NCBI GenBank assembly: GCA_003696775.1
Contig: RFFS01000015.1
Span: forward strand, 10,386-74,385
Source: Calditrichota bacterium
GTDB taxonomy: Bacteria; Calditrichota; Calditrichia; Calditrichales; J004
DNA length: 64,000 nucleotides
Direction: 5' to 3'
Shown here: one piece after another, positions 25,801-35,700 of the stretch
Numbering within the stretch: position 1 is the stretch's first letter
How the letters are laid out: every line of letters starts with the position of its first letter
Program-made: the position numbers and the translations under genes
The notes under the pieces: generated by a model
The model's input: the letters and a program-made list of their open reading frames with translations, nothing else
Told to the model about the DNA's origin: nothing
Database searches by the model: none

Positions 25801-28752
25801 CCGTTGGACCCGGGCCATCCGCCGGAACGCACCCGGTTTATGATCGAAGACGCCGATGCGGTAATGATAATAACCGATTCCGTAAATCACAACAAAGGGG
25901 CTTTCACGGATATTCCGGTTTTAACAACGGCAACCCTTCACGAGGAAGCCGCATCATTAAAAGAGGATACACCGCTCCCCTCTTATGATCCGCAACAACT
26001 GGCCTATATGATATACACCAGCGGCTCCACGGGAAAACCCAAGGGTACGTTGTTGCAACATGCTGGTTTTCTTAACCGTTTACAATGGATGCAGGATGCC
26101 TATCCCCTGGATGAAAACGACCGCGTTTTGCAAAAAACACCTTTTAGTTTTGATGTCTCCGTTTGGGAATTTTTCTGGCCGTTTATGACCGGAGCCACGC
26201 TTGTTGTGGCTAAACCGGAAGGCCATAAAGACCCGGCTTACCTGGCCGATCTGATCCGGGAAGAACAGATCACAACCCTGCACTTTGTACCGCCCATGTT
26301 AAAAGCCTTTCTGGAAGAGCCTACGGTACCCGGGTGCGTCAGCCTGAAAAATGTCATCTGCTCAGGTGAAGCTCTGCCTTATACCCTTAGCCGCCGTTTT
26401 TATGAATTGCTGCCCGACTGTCGTCTACACAACCTGTACGGCCCCACGGAAGCCAGCATTGACGTCAGCCATTACACCTGTCCTGTTTCAAGGGAAGATG
26501 AAAAACTCCCCATCGGGAAACCCATTGCCAATACCCGTCTTTATATCCTGAACGACGCCTTGCAACCGGTTCCCGTAGGAGTAAGCGGCGAACTCCACAT
26601 CAGCGGAATACAATTGGCCCGTGGCTATGCCAACCGCCCGGATTTGACAGCGGAAAAATTTATTCCCGACCCGTTTACCAACACACCAGGCGCGCGCATG
26701 TATAAAACCGGCGATTTATGTCGCTATCTGGAAAACGGCGAAATTGAATACATCGGCCGGATCGACCACCAGGTAAAAGTGCGGGGTTTCCGTATCGAAC
26801 TGGGGGAAATTGAAGCGGCCCTGCGTAGTCTCGATCCGGTGGAGGATTGTAGCGTACAGGTGCGGGCCTACGGGGGGCAGGATAAAGCGCTGGTAGCCTA
26901 TATCGTTGCCGCCGATACCGGAACCACACCGGGCGCTTTACGCGACGCATTGAAAGACAGCCTTCCGGATTATATGATTCCAGCCGCCTGGATATTTTTG
27001 GACGCCATTCCTCTCACCGCCAACGGAAAAGTGGATCGCCGGGCCCTGCCCGATCCCTGGGAATTGGGGCGCAGCACGCTCGAAACCGAATATGTGGCCC
27101 CGCGTAACGAAAAAGAAGAACTTTTGGCGGGTTTGTGGCAATCCCTTCTTAAACTGGAAAAGGTCGGCGTGAAGGATAACTTTTTTGAACTGGGTGGTGA
27201 TTCCATCGTCGGCATTCAATTGATTTCCGCGGCCGGGCGCGCCGGACTCACGTTTACCCCGCGCGAACTGTTTGAATATCCCACAATAGAAGGACTGGCT
27301 GCCATTGCCCGGCAGGGTGTGGCCATTCATGCGGAACAGAATACGCTTACCGGTCCGGTTGGGAAACTTCCTATTCATTACTGGTTTGACGCATTGGATT
27401 TACCCCAACGCCACCATTGGAACCAATCGGTGATGCTGCAAAGCCATGCTCCCCTGAATCCCGATATGCTCAAACAGGTAACGCGCCTTCTGCTGGAACG
27501 TCATGACATGCTGAGATGGCGTTATGCCGATGACGAACAGACTATCCTGCCGTTATCGGAAGACACGCCGTTTGTATATCATGACTGGCGGGAAGTACCC
27601 GTGACGGAACAAAAGTCCAAGCTTGCTCAAACCGTTACGGCATTACAAAGCGGCCTGGACCCGACACGTGGTCGTGTATTTTCCGTTGCCTATTTCAGTC
27701 TCTCTCCGGAAACAGGCGACCGCCTGCTGATCGTGGCTCATCATCTTGTGGTGGACGCGGTTTCCTGGCGGGTAATTTTGGAAGACCTGCAACTGGCCTA
27801 CACACAACTAGCCGAAGGTAAATCCGTCGCCTTGCCGGAGAAGACGACTTCCTTCCCTTATTGGGCAGAACGTTTACAGCGTTACATTCAGGAAACCGAT
27901 CTGCAAAACGAACGGACCTATTGGCTGAAAAGCATCCCCGAAACGGCACACACCCTGCAGGTGAAACATCCCGCGCACAATGTTCAGAAAAACGTCACCG
28001 TATTGGAACGGGAACTGGACGCTATGCAAACCAACCGCCTGCAACAGGACGTACCCGACGCTTACAACACACGGACACAGGAAAACCTGCTGGCCGCCCT
28101 TTACCGGGCCTGGTATAAAATAAGCGCTCAACCCGATTTATTGATTGATATGGAAAGTCATGGGCGGGAGGCACTATTCGCCGAAGTGGATTTATCACGC
28201 ACCGTCGGTTGGTTCACAACACTGTATCCGGTGGTTTTAAAGACCTCTGCACCGGATAACATGGAAGTGGTCATCAAGGAGATCAAGGAAGGTCTTCGGG
28301 GCATACCGTCCAACGGTTTTCACTACGGATTGTTGCGCTATCTGGGCCCGGCATCCGATGTAAAAGCCCTGGCGGACAAACCCATTTCAGGCATCTTATT
28401 CAATTATCTCGGCGTGTTTGAACAGGATGAAGCCCTGCGCCGTCGTTTTGAAATACGGCCGGAAGAATCAGGTCCGGAAATAGGCCCGGAGAACCGACGC
28501 AGCCACGCATTGGAAATAACCGCCAGCATTGTGGACGGCGTACTTAAATTCAGGTTTATTTATTGCCCTCCAGCCGTGGACGCAACCCTGATTACCCGAC
28601 TGGCCGATACATTGATGGATGAATTGAACGCACTAATCGAGCACTCGCTATCGGAAGAAGCGGGCGGCTATACGCCCTCCGATTTTGCCGAGGCGGGTCT
28701 TGATCAGGACGAACTGGATGATGTTTTATCCGAATTGGATGATTTGGAATAA
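19846..28752 (+). CDS. NRPS, two modules with embedded sulfotransferase (2968 aa): C-A(Ser)-T-ST-C-A(Ser)-T-E
   Basis: ORF-track ORF. [30 protein letters not shown], then [15 protein letters not shown] / FSPPELDLL / [11 protein letters not shown] (sulfotransferase), then [45 protein letters not shown] (T preceding an E domain), [17 protein letters not shown] (E). Confidence 0.93.
   Translation: [2968 protein letters not shown]
21415..22823 (+). other. Adenylation domain, Ser code DVWHISLVDK
   Basis: FDVSVWE (D,V,W), MHFVPP (H), VICSGE (I,S), [11 protein letters not shown] (L,V,D). Compare Stachelhaus Ser DVWHLSLIDK. Confidence 0.7.
22870..23080 (+). other. T domain immediately upstream of the ST domain
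   Basis: [23 protein letters not shown]; Ser codon 22972..22974. Confidence 0.85.
23269..24115 (+). other. Embedded sulfotransferase (ST) domain, CurM/olefin-synthase-like
   Basis: [44 protein letters not shown] (PRSGST = 23296..23313; Glu of PPEL = 23362..23364), [38 protein letters not shown]. Flanked by a T domain upstream and C1 motif [12 protein letters not shown] downstream (about 24195). Confidence 0.8.
25641..27050 (+). other. Adenylation domain, Ser code DVWHISLIDK
   Basis: [30 protein letters not shown]. Confidence 0.7.
27340..28690 (+). other. Epimerisation domain (predicts D-Ser)
   Basis: Preceded by T with GGDSI. [26 protein letters not shown] (HH at about 27738), [17 protein letters not shown]. 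Confidence 0.85.
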
Positions 28753-28768
28753 TTTGGTACCCCTTGCC

Positions 28769-29722
28769 ATGAATGATAAACAAATACCCAACGGTATTCT
28801 TGTAAGCGGATTGGTGCGTTCCGGCACCACCTGGACAGCGCGCATGCTGAATTTTTCCCCACAAACCATTTTTGTGCTGGAACCTTTCAACATATTGCGT
28901 GATCCCATCCATTTGCTCAAGGCCGGCACCAATTATCCCTATTGGTCTCATCCGGATGCACACATTTTTCAAAAAATCCGAAGCGGCGTCGGTTTAAGTT
29001 TTACACCGGAAGAGTTCAGGATTTTCATGAAAGAATCTTCCTCGTTCAAATATCATCTGTATCATCTCGTACGCTATATAACACTCAACCGCCGTATAAA
29101 AAAAGGGATGCGCCCGGTGGTTCAGGACCCGTTCGCCATATTCATGGCCCCCTGGCTTTACGAAAAGCTAAGTTTGCGTCCCCTGTTTCTTTTTCGTCAT
29201 CCGGCGGCCTATATCAACAGCATGAAACGCATGAAATGGGGCTTTAATTTTGACTGGCTGGCGCGACGGGAATCCTTGATGGAGGGGGTGTTATCTCCTT
29301 TCAAGGATGAAATCCTGAAATGGGCGCCGAAGGCATTCATCCCTTTTTCCATTGAAACCCAGTGTCTGGTCTGGAATATCTTTACCGGCATCATGCTAAC
29401 CTACCGTGATACTTATCCGGACTGGTTGTTTTTTCGCCATGAAGACCTTTCCATGGAACCGGTGGCTCATTTTAAAAAAATTTATCACGAATTGGGTTTC
29501 CCTTTCAGCGCACCGATTATAAAAAAAATAGAAGAATTCACGGGTACCGGGAACACGGTCGAAGCCAAATCCGGTAAAATGCATACCCTTAAACGAAACA
29601 ACCGCGCCAATGTAAAATTATGGCAAAAACAACTGGAACCGGCCGAAATCACGCTTATTCGCAAACAGACGGAACAGGTGGCCGCACGTTTATATGACGA
29701 CGACTCCTGGCCGAAATTATGA
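28769..29722 (+). CDS. Stand-alone PAPS-dependent sulfotransferase (317 aa from ATG 28769)
   Basis: In frame with ORF-track ORF 28685..29722. N-terminal GILVSGLVRSGTTWTARML (5'-phosphosulfate-binding loop). FVLEPF, FLFRHPAAYINSMKR and FFRHEDLSMEP parallel [21 protein letters not shown] and [11 protein letters not shown] of the embedded ST domain. ATG 28769 lies 16 nt after the upstream stop. Confidence 0.8.
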   Translation: MNDKQIPNGILVSGLVRSGTTWTARMLNFSPQTIFVLEPFNILRDPIHLLKAGTNYPYWSHPDAHIFQKIRSGVGLSFTPEEFRIFMKESSSFKYHLYHLVRYITLNRRIKKGMRPVVQDPFAIFMAPWLYEKLSLRPLFLFRHPAAYINSMKRMKWGFNFDWLARRESLMEGVLSPFKDEILKWAPKAFIPFSIETQCLVWNIFTGIMLTYRDTYPDWLFFRHEDLSMEPVAHFKKIYHELGFPFSAPIIKKIEEFTGTGNTVEAKSGKMHTLKRNNRANVKLWQKQLEPAEITLIRKQTEQVAARLYDDDSWPKL

Positions 29723-29737
29723 GGACTTTTTAATTTA

Positions 29738-32700
29738 ATGAACGCCAAAAAATCTCAAAAAAAGAATATTGAAGCGATCTACCCCCTTTCGCCCATGCAG
29801 GAGGGGATGCTTTTTCATTCCTTGTTGGAACCGCAAAGCGGTACTTATACGGAACAGCTCTATTTTGATATAAACGGCAATCTTGACATTGAATTATTTA
29901 AAAAAGCCGTTGGCGATCTTATAAAACGCCATACCATTTTACGCACATCCTTTATCTATAAAAAAAGCGCCAAACAACTTCAGGCCGTGTTTAAGGATGT
30001 ACCGTTGCCCCTGCATATATCGGACTGGCAAGAAAAAGATGCCTCCGGCATGGATCGGGCATTTCAGGAATTACTGGAAGAAGACCGAACCCGCGGATAT
30101 GATTTAAGCAAGGCGCCGTTGCTTCGCATTTATCTCATTCGGATCGGCGCGGAAAAATGGCGTTTGTTATGGAGCAACCACCATATCATTCTCGACGGTT
30201 GGTCCACACCGATCCTGCTTCAGGAATTATTCATACTTTATGAATCCGCCTTCCGCGGCCATCCCGTCACCCTGCCACCCGCCCGGCCGTTTAAGGAATA
30301 TATCATGTGGCTAAACCGGCAAAACCCGGAAAAAGCCATGACGCATTGGCGGTCCTTACTGGCGGATATTCAGGCGCCCACGCCGTTTAACATTGACAAA
30401 TTACCGTTCAGGGATCAAAACACACCGGCATACGCTAAGGCGGAAATTCAACTCGACAACGTGCTGACACAACGTCTGAAAGAACTTGCCAGGCAAAACG
30501 GCATAACCCCCAACACCCTTATGCAAGGCGCCTGGAGCCTCCTGCTCCATCATTACAGCCGGGAAAACAAGGTCGTCTTCGGGGTAACGGTTTCCGGACG
30601 CCCCGCCGAAATCCCGGAAGTGGAAAGGATGGTGGGACTGTTCATCAATACTCTGCCCTTGTGTGTGGAAACAAGGCCGTCCGCGGAAACAGATGACTGG
30701 TTGCGTGACATTCAAAAACAGGCCGTTGCCATGCGTGACTTCGAATACAGCCCCCTGGCCGATGTGCAACGACAAAGCGGTATTAAGGGGCACGCGCCTC
30801 TGTTTGAAAGTATCCTGGTTTTTGAAAATTACCCGGTGGAAGAGGAAATGGCCAAACAGAAAAGGACGGTCTCCTTCTCCGGTTTCGGCGGTTATGAACA
30901 AACCAATTTCCCCCTGACCCTGCTGGTGGGTATTCGTGATAACTGGGTCATCGAGGCGTCGTATCAAACCCAACGTTTCAGCGCGGACCTTATTAACCGC
31001 ATGTTAGCACATCTCAAAAACTTATTGATTTCCTTTGCCCAAAATATTACCGCGCCGTTGGCCGCTCATTCCTGCTTATCCGGGGAAGAATACAACACCC
31101 TGTTGGCCCGGTCCGTTGGCCCCGCCAAATCGTATGACCCGAACGCCTATATCATTCCTGCTTTTGAAAACACGGCACAACGTCTTCCCGATCATCCGGC
31201 GTTGATTTTTGAAAATCAATCCATCCCCTACGCCACCTTTCATACCGCCGTGAATAATCTGGCAAAAAACTTAACGGATGCCGGTGTACGCCCGGAAGAC
31301 CGGGTGGCTGTTTTTATGGAACGTTCGCCGGAAATGGTTACAGCACTGTACGCGGTTATGAAATGCGGGGCGGTGTATGTCCCCGTCGATCCGACCAACC
31401 CCGCGGAACGCATTCGCTATATGCTCAACGATTGCCAGTCAAAATTGCTTTTAACGCAAGATAAGTGGCAGGATCACCCTGTTCTCAACGACCATAAAAG
31501 CCTTTTGGTGGATTTTGACAGTCTTTCAGCGACCGCCGGTACGGGCGCCCCGTCGGTTCCCCTTTTCGGACAGCAGGCGGCTTATATGATTTACACCTCC
31601 GGTTCCACCGGCGCGCCCAAAGGCACACTTGTCAGCCACCAGGCCATACGTAACAGACTGAAATGGATGCAGGAAACCTTTTCTCTGACGACTGAGGATA
31701 AAGTATTACAAAAAACACCTTACACGTTTGACGTGTCTGTTTGGGAATTTTTCTGGCCGCTCACAAACGGCGCCACGCTTGTCATCGCCCGCCCGGAAGG
31801 CCATAAAGACCCTGAATATCTGATCCATGTCATCAGGGAAACGGGCGTGACAACGTTACACTTCGTTCCTCCCATGCTTCAGGTTTTCCTGGAATCGCCT
31901 CATGTGGGACAATGTACATCCTTAAAACGAGTCATCTGCTCAGGTGAAGCGCTCCCTTATGCCCTTAAAGAGCGATTTTACAAATTATTGCCGGAAAGCC
32001 GGTTGCATAACCTCTACGGCCCCACGGAAGCGGCGGTGGATGTAACCCACTATGCCTGCCCTGAAGAATCGCCTTATGCCCTTTTACCCATCGGAAAAGC
32101 CATAGCCAACACATCCATTTATATTCTGGATCACCGTCTTCATCCGGTACCGGATGGCGTGCCGGGAGAATTGTTCATCGGCGGCATACAGGTGGGTCGG
32201 GGTTATTTTAACCGACCCGGTCTTACCGCTGAAAAATTCATTCCGGACCCCTTTTCTTTCCAATCCGGCGCCAGAATGTACCGGACAGGCGACCTGGTAC
32301 GCAAACTGCCAGACGGTGAAATCGATTATATCGGCCGCATGGACTTTCAACTGAAAATCCGCGGATTCCGCATCGAACTGGGCGAAATAGAACATCAGCT
32401 TACACGGTTTGAATCCATACGCGAGGCCGTGGTACTGGCGGTTGAACCCCACCCCGGCAACAAACAACTGGCGGCTTATTTTATCCCGACTTCAGCGGAA
32501 TCAGTCCCTGGCCCGGATGCACTTAAATCCTTTTTAAGTAAACATCTGCCTGATTATATGATTCCCACCTATTTTATACCGATGGACGCTTTTCCACTGA
32601 CACCCAACGGTAAAATCGACCGACGCGCTCTGCCCCGGCCGAAAGCCCCGGAATCCAATGAAAGCCATGTGGCGCCGGCCAATGCCACCGAGGCCACCCT

Positions 32701-35700
32701 GGCAGTCATCTGGTCGGCTTTGTTAAACAGGGAAAATGTCAGTTGTGATGCCGCCTTTTTTGACCTGGGCGGTCATTCCATTCTTGCCATTAAAATGATT
32801 GCCCGCATTCGCGACGCGTTTGAGGTGGAACTGCCGATCAATGAGTTGTTTAACGCGCCAACCATTCGCGAGTTGGCTTTAAAGATAGAAGAATTGCGCC
32901 GCCGCGGCGATGCGCAGGTTATCCCGCCCATAAACAAAGGCGATTATGATGATGAGGTGCCGGTTTCGCTGCCGCAGCAGCGTTTGTGGTTCATCGATCA
33001 ATTCAGCGAAGGCAACGCCATATACAATATTCCCTATGTTCTCCGAATACGGGGCGCGCTGGATACCGAACGACTGGAACACAGCATTCGCAATGTGATC
33101 GCACGACATGAAAGCCTGCGCACCCGATTCATTAACAAAGACGGTGTGCCTTATCAAAAAATCAGTCCGGATATCCCCTTTGACCTGAAGATTAACGATG
33201 TAAGCGCGGATACGGAAGCACAAATAAAACAACGTATCGCTTCCATAGTCAACCACGCCTTTAATCTGGAAACAGGCCCATTATTTAAAATAGAACTGCT
33301 GCGCGAAGACGCCACATCGCATATTCTCGCCGCCGTCATGCATCATATTATCTCCGACGGCTGGTCTATGAATATCATGGTGCGCGAAGTGCTTCATTTC
33401 TATCAAACACAGGATTACGCAACCGCTCAATCCCTGCCGTTGCCGTCACTTGAAATCCAATACGCCGATTTTGCCCTGTGGCAACGGGCATGGTTACAGG
33501 GCGACGTTTTAGACAAACAGATTCAATACTGGAAGGAAACCCTGGGGTACAATCCGCCGGTACTGGAATTGCCCGCGGATAAACCCCGTCCGGCGGTTCA
33601 AACGTTTAATGGCGCCGAATATATTTTTGAACTCCCCAGGAATTTGGCGTCACAGGTGCATGCCCTTGGCAAAAAAGAAGGGCTTACGCATTTTGTCATC
33701 TTGTTGGCCGCTTTTCAAACATTGTTGCATCGTTACAGCGGCCAGCAAAGAATACTGGTCGGTTCACCCGTTGCCGGCCGGCATCATCAGGCCACACAAA
33801 ACCTGATCGGTTTTTTTGTCAACACGCTGGTACTCAAGGCCGATTTTGAACCGGCGCTCACATTCCGCGCCTTAACCCGACAGGTTCGCGAAACCCTGCT
33901 CGATGCCTTTGCCCATCAGGATATCCCCTTTGAACAACTGGTGGAAAGTTTACAGGTGGAACGCGACCTGGCGCATCCGCCATTGTTCCAGGTGGCTTTC
34001 ATCCCGCAGGATACACCGGACGATATACCGGAAATAGCCGGGCTCTCCTTTGAAGCCTACAAAAGCGAGAATGTTGTGGCCAAGGTGGATTTAAGCGCCT
34101 ATGTTACCGAAACATCCGACAGTTTCCTGTTCCGGATGGAATACAACAGGGACCTGTTTCATGAGGCGACCATACGTCGAATGTGCCAACATTATATGTA
34201 TCTGATGGAACAATTTTTAACCGACCCCAAAACATCGGTCAGCCACGCCTCCCTGCTAACTTCCGAAGAAGAAAATCAATTACGGCTATGGAATGCCCTA
34301 AGCGCCGATTTTGACGCGACCTTGTGTGTGCATCAACAATTTGAGCGTGTGGCCACCACTCAACCCGGGGCCGTCGCCTTGCGGCACATGGGACAAGAAA
34401 TGACGTACGGCACTTTAAACGCCCGGGCCAATCAACTGGCCTGTCTTCTTCGGGAACACGATGTCACGGCCGATGATATCATCGGTATCTGCATGGACCG
34501 TTCTTTTGAAATGATTACGGCCATGCTGGCCATCCTCAAAGCCGGCGCCGCATACCTCCCGTTGGACCCGGCGTATCCGGCTGAACGGTTGCGATATATG
34601 TTAGCCGATTCCGGTGCCCGTTTAGTGATTACCGATAGGCTTACCCACTCCATGATCAGTGCCCTTGTTGAGGATTTATCCGATACGACAACGGTGCTCC
34701 CGATCCACCGGGCCGCCGCCCGGCTTGAAACCCTTTCAACGGAAAACAGTCCCACGACAGTTACGCCGTTGAATCTGGCTTATGTGATTTATACGAGCGG
34801 TTCCACCGGTAAGCCCAAAGGCACCCTGTTGCCGCACATTGGTTTGCTGAATCTGGCCAATGAACAGCGTAAGGCTTTTGACATCACCAATCAAAGCCGG
34901 ATATTCCAGTTTGCCTCATTGGGCTTTGACGCCGCCACATGGGAAACCGTTATGGCATTGCTGAACGGGGCCGCGCTGCATCTTACCCAACGCGAGGTTA
35001 CCGCTTCCGGAGACCAACTGGCCGACGCTCTGAGAAACGAAAGGGTCACCACTATCACCCTGCCCCCTTCGGTGCTGGCCGTTTTACCGGAGACAGAACT
35101 GCCTGAATTACAAACGATTATCACCGCCGGTGAAAAATGCCCGGCCGAACTGGTAAAAAAATGGCAACCCGGCCGACGTTTTGTCAACGCGTACGGTCCC
35201 ACGGAAACCACGGTGTGTGCCTCCATATATTCGGCGCGGGCCGATGAAGACCGCGACCCGCCTATCGGGAGCAATTTGGCCAACTTTCGTTTGTACATCC
35301 TGGATGCCAGCGGCATGCCTGTACCGGTCGGCGTGCCCGGTGAGTTGTGTATCGGTGGTATCGGTCTGGCGCGCGGCTATCTCAATCGGCCGGATTTAAC
35401 CGCCGAAAAATTTATACCCGACGCCTTCAGCGGTAAGGCGGGCGAGCGACTGTACCGCACCGGCGACCGTGTTAAACGCCTGCCGGACGGTAATATTGAA
35501 TTCCTGGGACGGATTGATTTTCAGGTCAAGCTGCGTGGTTTCCGAATCGAACTGGGTGAAATCGAAGCAGCCCTGCTGACCACGGCCCGGGCACAGGACG
35601 CTCTGGTCATGCTAAGGGAAGACAACCCCGGTGATCCGCGTCTTGTGGCTTATCTTGTTGCCGACACTCCGATGGAAATCGCCCGTTTACGCGAAACACT

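Noticed and set aside
28685-28768. TTG-initiated 5' extension of the sulfotransferase ORF as listed in the track
   Set aside because: The extension overlaps the last 68 nt of the upstream NRPS gene and encodes an unstructured-looking peptide (MPRRVLIRTNWMMFYPNWMIWNNLVPLA). The sulfotransferase PAPS loop begins right after ATG 28769, which is the more parsimonious start.
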